Assembly: GCF_004010195.1 (NCBI RefSeq)
Contig: NC_057719.1
Coordinates: 46,262,021 to 46,326,020, forward strand
DNA from: Chiloscyllium plagiosum
Lineage: Eukaryota
Direction of reading: 5' to 3'
Length of the DNA stretch: 64,000 nucleotides
The translations under genes and the position numbers were made by a program. Below, in pieces: positions 54,801-64,000 of the stretch. The notes under the pieces were generated by a model. The model saw nothing but the letters and a program-made list of their open reading frames with translations, made no database searches and was not told the DNA's origin. Position 1 is the first letter of the stretch, and each line of letters starts with the position of its first letter.

Positions 54801-57800
54801 GAGTAGTGATCAAGTAATGCGGCATGTGAAATTGGTTCTATATCTTCTGTTTGTGTGCTTAAGATCCACACTGGTCAAATGCTGTTTTTTTTTAAATTCA
54901 CAAAACAAAGTTGCTGTTTTGCACGTAGGTGCTAGATTCTTCAAAGTAACTGACCTCTAAAAAATTAGCTTTTAAATCAAGAAAGCAATTCAGCATGTCC
55001 ACAAATATTCTTCCCAAGTTTTACAGATGCACCATAGAAAGCATCCTCTCTGGATGCATCACAGCGTGATACGGCAACTGCTCTTCCTAAAACCACAAGA
55101 AACTACAGAAGTTGTGAATGCAGCCTAGCCCATCATTCAAACCAGCCTTCTATCCATTGACTCCACCTATACTTCCTGCTGCCTTGGGAAAGCAACTAGC
55201 TTAATTAAAGGCCCCTCCCGCTCCTGTTATACTCTCTTCCACTCTTTCATCATCAGGTAGAAGATATAAAAGTTTCAATACATGTACGAATATATTCAAA
55301 AACAGTTTCTTCCATGCTATCAGATTTTGAACAGACCTCTCAAACGTTAATTCTGATCTCTCTCTGCGACTGTAATTCGGCACTCTGTTCTGCTAACCTA
55401 ATGCATTTTATATGGCATGATCTGCCTTAATAGCATGCAAAACAATACTTTTCACTGTATCTCAGTACATTTCACAATAAATCAAATACAGTAGGTTTAT
55501 CCAAAACTAAATCTACTCCCTCACATAAGAAAAACAGAGTAAACAAATAATATGCTTCTCAACTGCAATGATCATAACCAAATTAACATTTTACTTAGTC
55601 ATAGAGATGTACAGCATGGAAACAGACCCTTTGGTCCAACCCGCCCATGCCAACCAGATATCCCTTCCCAAATTAGTCCCACCTGCCAGCACTTGGCCCA
55701 CATCCCTCCAAACCCTTCCTATTCATATACCATCCAAATGCGTTTTAAATGTTGCAATTATACAGGTCTCCACTACTTCCTCTGGCAGCTCATTCCATAC
55801 ATGTGTCACCCTCAGTATGAAAAGGTTGCCCCTTAGGTCTCTTTTATATCTTTCCCCTCTCACCTTAAACCTATGCCCTCTATTTCTGGACTCCCCCATC
55901 CCAGGGAAAATACTTTATCTACTTATCTTATCCATACACCTCGTGATTTTGTAAACCTCTAAGGTCACCCTTATACGACGCTCCAGGGAAAACAGCCCCA
56001 GCCTGTTCAGCTTCTCCCTATAGCTCAAATCCTCCAACCCTGGCAAGATCTTTGCACATCCTTTCTGCACCCTTTCAAGTTACATTTTGTTTGACATCCA
56101 AAATTCTAAGCAAATTTATAAAACAAAACTGATGACACGTAAAATCATGCAGAGTTATCCAGAAAATCTTCAAAGGAAGCAGCATTAACATCGTTCCTAG
56201 CTATCGATGATAAAAACTGCAACAAACTGTATTTCAAATACTACACAGTAGCAGCAGAACTGAAAAATAAAGCTATTAAAATCTTAAATTCAAGCATCCT
56301 TCAACAAGTTAAGCCTTTTGCTGTGCTGATCATTTGAAACTCTTATTTTCAATTAAACGTTTAAAATTGAGACCTTAACATTAAAAAATGTTTCAAATTG
56401 TGGGTATTGGTTATCTTAGGTTTGTAATTACAGAAAAATCTCACTTCTATCTTTAAAATATAGTTGATGGTATAGGCAGGCAATGTGCATGCAAATAGCT
56501 ATACAAAACAAATTAAGCATTTTCACAGCACAACTTCACCAACTATCATGCATATTTATTAACAACTTTTATAAAATTGATTCATGCTGTGCCCATTTTA
56601 TATAAGAGCATTTCTATTAATTTATGTGGGATTCTTCTATAATCCTTATGCTTCATATACAAAGCATTTTTTTAATTTAAAAAGTCTGCCTACTTGGCAG
56701 TACATTTAAAATGACTGACACAAAAAAAAAGTTTTTCTACCTTTAATGGCAGAAGTTTCACAACATGCACATGTCAAACAGATCCATGCAAGTGACCAGA
56801 ATAAACTTAATTATCACAGAATTTGAAGGGGCAAAGAGTATGAAGAGAGACTGGTAGATAACATTAAACAGGCAATCCAAAAGATGATATGAGCATCTAA
56901 ATAGTGTACAGGTAGTAAGATGACTGGTAGGCTTATTAGAGACTTAAACTGGAACCTATGCATGGGGAGACAGGGAATGGCTGATATAAATAAATGAGCA
57001 CATTGCATTTGACTTTATCAAAGGCAAAGAGATGCTGATATTGCATAGCCAAAGGGAGAAAATTGATAGAGAAGGGGAATTAGAAAGGCTAGATCTACTT
57101 AGGTTGATAAGTCACTACCATAGAATGGAATGCTCTGAAGATGCTCATGGAAATAAAGATCGAAATTGTGGAGATACTAGCCATACTCTTTCAAGGCTCA
57201 TCAAATATTTTTTAAAAAAACGCAAGGACAAGAATCCGTAACCACTGGCCAGCCAGTTTAATCATAGTACTGAAAACAACAAATGGACAAACAGGGTTGA
57301 AGAGAGCAAACTTGCATTTGTTAAAAGCAAACAGTTTTACTTGATTGAAATTTTTGATGGGAGGATTTTTGAAAGCTTTGGCGTTCAGGCAAGTGCTTCA
57401 ATTTAAAAAACACTAAATTAAAGCAACAGCGAACCTAAGCATTGGCATCTGTGACAATCACAAAACCAGGTTTTTAGTGGGTGAAGTGTTATTGATCTAT
57501 GTAAAGTTGAAAAAGACTTCCCCATCTTGCCAGTTTTCTAAATACATACTCAGAATCCAATAAGAAATCACTTTTGAGAAAAGATGTTTAAGATAATGCA
57601 CTGAGGTTAATGATTAAAAAGGCAAATCTGCAACAGAATCTGCCTGATTTGTAGAAAACAAAAAAAATTCACAAATTAGACAGAACAGCTTTGGATTGAT
57701 CATTAGGTTTTAAAGGTGGTGTGAGAATTTAGTCCCATGCACAATCGATTTGATTCATAATGTTCCCGCTCATAAAAATAATTCAAAACAAAAAGAGTTT

Positions 57801-59536
57801 CCTGTCGAAAGTCAAAAACAAATTTAAGGAGTTGCCCCATGATTTCTGAAGAGATGCAAATAGAAAACAAGTTGATATAGTTTGAAATGAATCATCGTCA
57901 AAATGATCCAGTATTTAGATGTAATTCAATTAAAACTTACTGAAATTTAAAAAAACTAATTGATTGTTTTTTGCAATTTTTTAAACGTAGTATGGGGGCT
58001 GAAGAACCTCAGAAGTTAAAGGGCATCAATTTGAAACAAACTGTTGTTCACTCTACAGATGCCACCTGAGTATTTCCAGCATTTTCTATTCTAAGTTTTG
58101 TCTAGTAAAAAATAAAGCAACATGCAAATTAAGCCAACATTGTATTTAGTGTTAATTCAGTCCGTAATTAGAGAAGTTGGAAGAATGCATATGCATAAGT
58201 GAGGTAGACCCAGTCCAGAATGAAGGAGCTTCATTGTTACAGTCCCGGATGCTGTTACCACACTAGTAGACATGGAGCAGTGGGAGTCAACGTCTATGAG
58301 AAACAGACAACCAGATTACTGAACAGGAGTAAATAACAGCACTGAACTAGGGAAGATATCTGCAGCAAAACCAAATTCCAAAGCCTACTCGGAAAAGATC
58401 ACAATTTGTTTACAATAATATCCCTTTTTACATGGAGTGATTATGGTGAAATACTAGTAAATAGTGCATTTTTATTTGTTCTGTAAGTTTATTTAAGATC
58501 TTCATCTTATTTTCATCAATAGTACAGTTTTAGAATTCTATTGAGCCTGCAAACTTCTATAGTTTTCAAACATTGCTGTAGCTTGTGTTACTTTTTACTT
58601 AAGAAACGTTAAAGTAAACTAAGCAAAATTAAGTAAGACTAGTTAACTTATTGGCTAAGCACCGACAAAGATGGCAGTGAGTATGTGAACCCTTGACCAA
58701 TCTGGTTAGATGGGTAAGTAGTAAGAACAAAATTGGATGCAAAGTTAGGGAATACATTATGTAACTTCTTTGCTGATCTCAAAAGATGCTTTCCTAGATA
58801 GTTACTAAAGTATAGGATGAAAGTAATCTTATTTTAATTCAAAAATATGACTAAAATAAAATAATCCTGTTTCATTACTGTTACCAGATTCTAGACAGCC
58901 TTGGAAACCAGTCTTCAATTTTCCTTCTATGTCATACACCACGCTGACTGACAAATTAACGGTAATTTAGTTTCAATGGGTGAAATTCCGCTCAAAGAAC
59001 ACAATGGGAGCATTTTCCCAAATGAACATTTCAAGGACTCTCCACTGTCTTTTTCAGAGTTAATTAGGGATTCAGAATTACAGTTTAGTCTTGCCAGCAA
59101 TGTGCAGATCCCACTAATAGTCACAGCCACGGCCCTGCAATAATTTTAGTGTCTTACATGAAACATGTCAACCTTCAGCTTCGTAATATATTCAAAGGTC
59201 AGAGTTGTGGTTCTCAAATATAATATTTCTCATTTCATAGCATACATAATGAATAGCTACTGTGTATTCAAATATTAAACAAGGCTGAAAAATGCCAGCC
59301 ATTAGTTTAGAAAGAATGCATTGTGAAACTGCAGTTGGGATTACAGGCTTTATTTGTCTTACCATCTTTACTATCCATGGGTTTAGCTACATCCAGTTCA
59401 AATGCATCCTGCATCTGTTGACCCCGAAAACGCTTTAGGTGTTCAGCTTCAATGAGATTACTGTCTTCTTCTTCCAAAGGTTGCCATGTACCATCAACAA
59501 ACCACTGGCCACGCATGACTACAATCTTATCGGGTT
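9646..59536 (-). CDS. DDHD1: Phospholipase DDHD1 (PA-preferring phospholipase A1), partial spliced gene: 11 coding exons in the window, first exon outside
   Basis: Exon translations match vertebrate DDHD1 as recalled ([36 protein letters not shown] lipase motif, [29 protein letters not shown]). All introns are GT-AG. Exon lengths 174+129+148+113+107+260+76+150+274+177+206 = 1814 nt keep one frame to the TGA. Confidence 0.96.
10590..10766 (-). CDS. DDHD1: DDHD1 exon (~exon 11), [21 protein letters not shown]...NNSGLLYGA
   Basis: Translated by hand; ttttag acceptor, gttagt donor, 177 nt, phase 1-1. Confidence 0.9.
11833..15399 (+). mobile_element. Decayed, internally deleted Ty3/Gypsy LTR retrotransposon of Gmr1 type (gag-PR-INT-RT)
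   Basis: TGTTATGA...TCGTAACA inverted termini; gag-like 11880-12130; protease-like NTGS ~12405; integrase H-H-C-C 13100-13240, [18 protein letters not shown] ~14016; then RT ([33 protein letters not shown]) at 14400-14790. Confidence 0.85.
16001..18343 (+). mobile_element. Second-family Penelope-like element: decayed RT plus GIY-YIG between ~400-bp inverted arms
   Basis: RT motifs [20 protein letters not shown] and [22 protein letters not shown]...GLNRDLG; arms 16039-16439 vs 17953-18343; imperfect TSD ttcagagatcca 15989-16000 / ctcagcgatcca 18344-18355. Confidence 0.88.
17650..17862 (+). repeat. Degenerate (CA)n-rich tract in the PLE 3' region
   Basis: Interrupted CA repeats right after the endonuclease stop. 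Confidence 0.7.
19120..19452 (-). mobile_element. Old Deu-domain SINE (SacSINE1/AmnSINE1-like)
   Basis: The reverse complement resembles the Deu-SINE body as recalled (..ctccagaaatttgag..gtactgttgaaagtgctgccttctagatgag..ctctcagatgggc..aatatttaccct..); recognised from memory only. Confidence 0.55.
19845..21790 (-). mobile_element. Decayed CR1/L2-group LINE
   Basis: Same family as the plus-strand copies at 42420-44010 and 61600-62160 (acaagagcag..cagaagctaggaattctgcag; [17 protein letters not shown] RT motif near 20970). Confidence 0.65.
22826..23099 (-). CDS. DDHD1: DDHD1 exon (~exon 10), [23 protein letters not shown]...GKASIM
   Basis: ttgtag acceptor, gtgagg donor, 274 nt. Confidence 0.94.
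24432..24581 (-). CDS. DDHD1: DDHD1 exon (~exon 9), start of the DDHD domain, [19 protein letters not shown]...NIFHPTDPV
   Basis: tttcag acceptor, gtaagt donor, 150 nt. Confidence 0.95.
25337..28230 (-). mobile_element. Rex1/Babar-clade LINE, near full-length but frameshifted (APE + RT)
   Basis: [88 protein letters not shown]; (attcc)n 3' tail at ~25337-25355. Confidence 0.88.
28555..28630 (-). CDS. DDHD1: DDHD1 exon (~exon 8), [25 protein letters not shown]
   Basis: Translated by hand; tttgcag acceptor, gtgagt donor, 76 nt; phases fit both neighbouring exons. Confidence 0.9.
29354..30417 (+). repeat. Perfect minisatellite (GGGGTCAGAGAGAGGAGAC) x56
   Basis: 19-bp unit, 1064 bp, no variant units seen. 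Confidence 0.97.
30790..31320 (-). mobile_element. CR1/L2-group LINE 3' fragment
   Basis: Reverse-complement similarity to 61600-62160. Confidence 0.55.
31390..31621 (+). mobile_element. Probable solo LTR
   Basis: TGTAAT...ATTCCA termini, inverted CCAAT pair, TATA-like gatatataga, near-matching 5-bp flanks tttat / cctat. Confidence 0.5.
31925..32057 (-). mobile_element. PLE 3'-end fragment with a decayed hammerhead
   Basis: Minus strand: ctgaagaaggctcactggatgtgaaatgttaac...gctgccagacctgctg...ttccagcgtc. Confidence 0.6.
32942..33201 (-). CDS. DDHD1: DDHD1 exon (~exon 7) with the catalytic serine motif VAHSLG
   Basis: cttcag acceptor, gtaaat donor, 260 nt; [13 protein letters not shown]...[18 protein letters not shown]. 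Confidence 0.95.
34815..35550 (+). mobile_element. CR1 LINE 3' fragment
   Basis: KYNVGKCE and [11 protein letters not shown] motifs plus a CR1-like 3' end. Confidence 0.7.
35810..36095 (+). mobile_element. Diverged HE1-like SINE ending ~65 nt from a DDHD1 donor site
   Basis: Similar to 574-893 (tccacagtccaaagatgtgcagg...aaggcctgtttccacact). Confidence 0.75.
36160..36266 (-). CDS. DDHD1: DDHD1 exon (~exon 6), [36 protein letters not shown]
   Basis: tttctag acceptor, gtgtgt donor, 107 nt. Confidence 0.94.
36481..36503 (+). repeat. (AG)n microsatellite
   Basis: About 11 AG units. Confidence 0.85.
37160..38520 (-). mobile_element. Two CR1 LINE 3' fragments (37160-37945 and 38085-38520)
   Basis: [32 protein letters not shown], a CR1 ORF2 C-terminus; a similar copy lies at 55598-56080. 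Confidence 0.8.
38746..38858 (-). CDS. DDHD1: DDHD1 exon (~exon 5), [37 protein letters not shown]
   Basis: Not in the ORF track; translated by hand. tgatag acceptor, gtaatt donor, 113 nt, VEFLPVEWR motif. Confidence 0.92.
38945..39150. mobile_element. Old PLE-derived fold-back element ~90 nt upstream of a DDHD1 acceptor
   Basis: ctggcagcatctgtgggaaga ... tcttcccgtaaatgctgccag inverted arms with a PLE tail. Confidence 0.6.
39765..40070 (-). mobile_element. HE1-like SINE
   Basis: Minus strand tggtggctcagtgcttggtactgctgcctcagggttcaattcc... plus the shared tail. Confidence 0.7.
42420..44010 (+). mobile_element. CR1/L2-group LINE (deleted) with a tRNA-like 5' region, interrupted by a PLE fold-back
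   Basis: gggttcaaatc head, endonuclease start ([15 protein letters not shown]), RT 3' region shared with 61600-62160. Confidence 0.6.
42636..42833. mobile_element. PLE-derived fold-back mini-element
   Basis: Inverted arms ~42672-42749 / 42758-42836, 35-nt tail, TSD agcaatgtgattgact 42620-42635 / agcaatgtggttgact 42834-42849. Confidence 0.88.
44148..44184 (-). ncRNA. Hammerhead ribozyme motif, sense to the DDHD1 pre-mRNA
   Basis: CUGAUGA-A-GGGC-UUUU-GCCC-GAAA-CG-UC. Confidence 0.75.
44206..44241 (+). ncRNA. Hammerhead ribozyme motif
   Basis: CTGATGA (44210-44216)-A-GGGC-TTTT-GCCC-GAAA-CG-TC; predicted cut after C44237; stem I is weak. Confidence 0.75.
44262..45940 (+). mobile_element. CR1 LINE RT region, decayed
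   Basis: [56 protein letters not shown]. Confidence 0.85.
48705..48852 (-). CDS. DDHD1: DDHD1 exon (~exon 4), [15 protein letters not shown]...[24 protein letters not shown]
   Basis: aatgcag acceptor, gtaagt donor, 148 nt. Confidence 0.94.
49945..50073 (-). CDS. DDHD1: DDHD1 exon (~exon 3), [43 protein letters not shown]
   Basis: gccgcag acceptor, gtactg donor, 129 nt. Confidence 0.93.
52650..53715 (+). mobile_element. Highly decayed CR1/L2-group LINE fragment
   Basis: Remnant similarity to 43200-44010. Confidence 0.45.
54124..54268 (+). mobile_element. PLE 3'-end insertion with a short inverted 5' piece and a decayed hammerhead
   Basis: ccagatgaaggacttttgcctgaaatgtt + PLE tail; ctggaaaagc inverted against gcttttccag; TSD acactataaatggag 54109-54123 / acattacaaatggag 54269-54283. 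Confidence 0.8.
54985..55490 (+). mobile_element. Rex1/Babar LINE 3' fragment
   Basis: [16 protein letters not shown] motif, as in the 25337-28230 element; aataaatcaaat tail. Confidence 0.75.
55598..56080 (-). mobile_element. CR1 LINE 3' fragment
   Basis: Similar to 37160-37640. Confidence 0.8.
59363..59536 (-). CDS. DDHD1: DDHD1 exon (~exon 2), [16 protein letters not shown]...PMDSKD
   Basis: tttgcag acceptor, gtaaga donor, 174 nt, phase 1-1. Confidence 0.93.
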
Positions 59537-60644
59537 CTGCAAAGGGAAGGACAACACAAGCATAGTTAATCACAGAAAACAATCTATGAACATTCCTTCT
59601 TAAATTCACTAGTAGAACAACAAAGTTTTGTGATTGTTTTACTCTACAGATGCTGCATGATCTGTGGGTGCTTTCTGGATTTTCTGTTAGTTTCATGTTA
59701 TTGGAACAATGGAAGACAGAAGAGAGGATGAGGGAGAAAAACAGAGTTTGAAACTAAACTGTACTGAACAGAATAGAAAATGCCTTGCTATTTTAATATT
59801 AATTTTCTCACATTACTTCATTTTTAATAAATAGACAGACATTTGTTGTTAAGTTGTACTGACTATTCTGGCATTCCAGCAAGATCAACAGTTTATTTTC
59901 AAGCTAGAGAGAGATCCATTTAAGGAGAAGCCCCCTTTCACTGAGTAGTGTTAAGAAATGTTTTACCAAGCCAGTGGGGACACAGATGCCACAGTAATAA
60001 TGTTATCTCAGGCAGCTTCATAATTGGCTGCCTGTGGGCCTACCATCCAATTAAAGATGGAATGTAGGCAGGATCACCATGTTTTCACACAATCACAGAA
60101 CTCTGAATGCTTAGCAACACCAACGGGAGAGATAGTTCTTGGAGGAATACAGGAAGCCTCTTTTAGTTAACGGGGCAAAAGAAATATTAGGCTCAGGGCT
60201 GGAGAACAAATCCCTTCATGGATGTCATCAGAGCCATAGGTGTTACCTTTCTTCCTTGCACACAACTCATTCGTCTGGGATGACAGCATGCCATCAGTAA
60301 AATGCCTCAACAGCGACAACACACGCTGGGGTGTCAATCTGACCCAACTCCCTGATTCCTCATGCCTCCTGGCCCACCTTCTGGGCTCGGTAAAATTCAA
60401 TCTGTTATTTTCAAATTGTTTACCTTTGTCCAGCAAACTGGTGCACTAACACCTTGTCCATAAAATACAATCAATCAATGAAGGAGTCTTGTTGATGCAG
60501 TTGTTTATGGTCACTAGGCTTTCACCTCCGTAACTTGTTCAAGTTTGACCTGCCTGTTGAGGTGAAAGCCTTCTCAATCTGCAAAATTCAAGGATCTAAC
60601 AGCAAACGAGTTTGCATATTTTCAATCAACATGAAACTAACTGG

Positions 60645-61175
60645 AATAAAAGCCAAAGAATTGCAGAAACAAAAATTGCTTGAAAAACTCAGCAGGTCTG
60701 GCAGAATCTGTGGAGAGAAAGCAGAGTTAAAGTTTCAGGTCCATTAACCCTTCTTCAGAACTGATTGTAGTTAGGAAAAGGTTGTATATATGCTGAAGAT
60801 GGGTTGGAGGATGGGGGAGAGGAAAATGACCCAGAGAGGGAGAACGGTGAGTGGGCAGATAAATGAATTAGTAGTAGTCAACCCTGAAGAGTCAATAGCT
60901 ACTAATGCGGGCCATTAGCAGCTGACAGTAGGTTGTTTGTGGTAGCAGCCCGTGTAATGACAAGGTCTGGTGTGTGAGGATTGGAGGAAGGACATGGGAG
61001 GACATGCTAAGGCCCTAAAATTTGATACTGAGTCCTGAAGACCACAGAGTCCCCAACAGAAAAGGAGATGTTGTTCTTCAGCTTTGCTGAAGCACTACAG
61101 TAAGCCCGACATACAGATGTTGGCCAGGGAACATAGTAGTGTGTTGAAGTGACAGATCACATGAAGTTCAGTGTC
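60645..61175 (-). mobile_element. PLE 3' fragment (end of GIY-YIG, 3' region with a decayed hammerhead)
   Basis: Minus strand HFNTLLCSLAN...EEQHLLF; ctgaagaagggttaatggacctgaaactttaac. Confidence 0.65.
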
Positions 61176-61179
61176 ATTA

Positions 61180-61510
61180 GGGGTAAAGGTTTAAGGTTTA
61201 AGGTAAAGGGGAGGCGGGGGGGGGGGGGCAGTTTAAAGGAGATATTTGAGGAGGGCAGTTAGGAGATATTTGAGTTTAGGTTTTTTGTTTACATGGAGGG
61301 TAGTAGGTGCCTGGAACGTGTTGCAAGGGGAAGTGATAGAGCAGAAATGTTATCAAAGTTCAAGAGACATTCAGACAGACATGAACAGATGGAGAATACA
61401 GGGATTCAGAACATGTGCAGGCAAATGGCACTGGTTTAGAATATCATGGTTGGCACAGTCATGATGGGCCAAAGGGCCTGTTCCTGTGCTGTACTGCTCT
61501 ATGTTATATT
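61180..61510 (+). mobile_element. CR1 LINE 3' end containing a poly-G run
   Basis: FTWRVVGAWNVL and the gggccaaagggcctgttcctgtgctgta tail. Confidence 0.7.
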
Positions 61511-61559
61511 AACTAATTGCTAGTCTCAGAGAGTTGGCATTCTATCAACATCCTGAGGT

Positions 61560-62160
61560 TAACCAGTGACTGGAAAGTCAACTAGACTTGCCACATAACT
61601 ACAGTGGTTACAAGAGCAAGTCAGGGGCTAGGAATACAGCAGTGAGTAACTCACCTCCAGACTCCCCAAAGCCACCATTGACAAGACACAGGTCAGGAGT
61701 GTGATGAAATACTCTGTCTGAATGAGTGCAGCACCAACAACACTTGAGAAGCTTGACACAACCCAGAATAAAGCGGCCACCACAGCCACTCAGTAGCAGC
61801 AGTGTCATATCTACAAGGTGCACTGCAGAAATTCACTAAAAGGTCCTTAGACAGCAGCTTCTAAACCTACAACCACTTCCATCTAAAAAGGACAAGGGCA
61901 GCAGATATATGGGAACACCATCACCTGCAAGTTACCCTTCAAGCCACTCACTATGCTGACTTGGAAATACATTGCCATTCCTTCACTGTCACCCGGTCAA
62001 AATCCTGGAATTCCCTCGCTAAGTGCATTGTATGTCACCCACAGCACATGGACAGCAGTGGTTCAAGGTGGCTCACCACCACCCTCAAGGACAACTGGGG
62101 ATGGGAAATAAATGCTGACCCAGCCAGCAATGCCCACGTCCCAGAGAGAAAAATAAATCA
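61560..62160 (+). mobile_element. CR1/L2-group LINE 3' fragment
   Basis: Closely similar to 43480-44010. Confidence 0.65.
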
Positions 62161-62167
62161 TAAAATC

Positions 62168-62472
62168 CATAGTGTGGAAACAGGCCTTTCAGCCCACAAG
62201 TCCACCCTCTGAAGAGTAACCCACCCAGACCCATTCCCCTACCCTATGTTTCCCTACTGTACCTACCTTACACATCCCTGAACACTCTGGGCAATTTAGC
62301 GTGATCGATTCACCTGACCTGCATATCTTTGGATGGTGGGAGGAAACTGGAGCACCCGGAGGAAACCCACACAGACAGGGAGAACATGCAAACTCCTCAC
62401 AGACAGTCATTCGAGGCTGGAATCAAACCTGGGTCCCAGGTAGGTGCTAACCATTAAGCCACCATGCCACCC
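62168..62472 (-). mobile_element. HE1-like SINE
   Basis: Reverse complement of the 574-893 family; another copy starts at 63963 and is cut by the window edge. Confidence 0.8.
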
Positions 62473-64000
62473 TGTGTTACTAGTGCAGTTGATGGTAGCA
62501 TTCTTCGGTTGGGACTCAGGCATATTGGTGGTGCAAAATGGGTGGACTTTACTCAGCATTTTATTAGCGTCAAAATCTCCCAGTCATGTTGTAATTCCCT
62601 GCATTAGAATTTGTCACTATCATAAATGTACAAATTCCCCCTCGCAAATTTGTAACTACAATGTTAAAATAATAAACTATGCAAAGAGCTATTCACACAG
62701 CAATGGAAAAAAATCAATCTTGTTTACTAGACATTTATATTTCCCACCTGCTGTTTGCCATCTGCCTCTGACTTCTTAATATGAAACACTTGGGGCCATC
62801 TTCTGTACATTGGCAATATTTTAGAAAAGCAAGTTACTGTAGATAACAAAATTCTGCTGCTCAGAACCGATATGAAAAGAAAAGAACTTGTCCAATCAGC
62901 AAGCAAACTCAATGATAACGTGCAGAATATTTTCTTCTCTCATTTCTGAATGTCACTATTTGATAAAGAGAATGAAGAAGGCTTCTACATTCATATAGTA
63001 CTTGTGTACGCCATTATTATTTCGACAATGAAGCTCATTTGCTAGTTCATACTTGCCAGATTTCAAGTGCCTCCAAATCAGCTCATAGATGGGGATATCT
63101 TCTCAATGGCAGAGCAGTTCACACATTGACTGAACTGCTGTGAACCATTATAAATTAAAGAATGCTTATAGCACAGAAGGCGGCCATCTGGCCCATTGTG
63201 TCCATTCCAGCTCTAAATTAGAGCTACACAGTCACGTGACCGTCTTTTCCCTGGAGATCTGCAATTTCGTTTTCACTTTATGCTCGGGTGAAGATTCTGC
63301 ACCCTGCTCCTGTCGGTTAACATGTACTACCAATGTTCTCAATTACCAAATTACTTCCCCATTTACTTGACAATACAAATTAATCCACTTCTGGCAGCTA
63401 GTACTTTAAAATATAATAAAACCCTTGGTCAAAAATGACTTATGAAAGAGCTAGTATTGAGACTGCTCTATTTATCATAAACCCCGAACACTCCATTTCA
63501 GGTTGAACTCTGAATCATTCCCGGTCAGTAAACCTATGGCGACCGTGGATGGAAAGTTACAAACACTTCATTTAGATAAGTGTGTGAGTTTAATAACTAT
63601 TATTTATATTGTATTGATATATGCTAGCACAAACCGAATTTCAAGCAACACCAAATTGGGCATTGCAGCACGTAGGCGTTACTACATTTAATTCCTGAGA
63701 CATTTACCTCACATACCCACAACAAACCGTAGGTTTTTGACAGCAACTATAGGTTAGGCTGTATTATTGCAATATTAAGCACAAGAGTAGTTACATAATA
63801 ATGTTTAAAATGGCTACTTTGTACAGATCTTTAAACAAATTCGTTAACTAAATGAAGTAATAAATCACAAATTAAAAGAGCAACAAGCACACTGAATATA
63901 AAATCCTCCACACACACAAATATTGCTTCAAACTTTTCTGTTCATAAATCACAACCCCTACACTGTGGAAACAGGCCTTTCGGCCCAGCAAGTCCACACC

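Noticed and set aside
59095..59135. Possible micro-exon after the 59363-59536 exon
   Set aside because: No frame-preserving AG/GT pair could be identified

Overview
This is AT-rich vertebrate DNA whose repeat content (HE1-type tRNA-SINEs, CR1, Rex1/Babar, a Deu-type SINE, Penelope-like elements) points to a cartilaginous fish (shark or ray). It holds the 3' part of the phospholipase gene DDHD1 (PA-PLA1) on the minus strand: 11 coding exons (59536 down to the stop at 9646). All have GT-AG junctions and splice into one frame of 1814 nt; the first coding exon lies beyond position 64000. Highlights: (1) at least six Penelope-like (PLE) insertions of 0.14-2.3 kb share one fold-back architecture, with inverted arms, 11-16 bp target-site duplications and, in four cases, an unpaired 33-38 nt tail. 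Several carry minimal hammerhead ribozyme cores on both strands. (2) A decayed Gypsy element has the Gmr1-type order PR-INT-RT. (3) A perfect 56 x 19-bp minisatellite reads in the pre-mRNA as a repeated branch-point plus pyrimidine tract with no AG. (4) The putative long DDHD1 3'UTR has a cluster of miRNA seed matches and a PLE hairpin. Family assignments come from motif recognition only; no database search was run.
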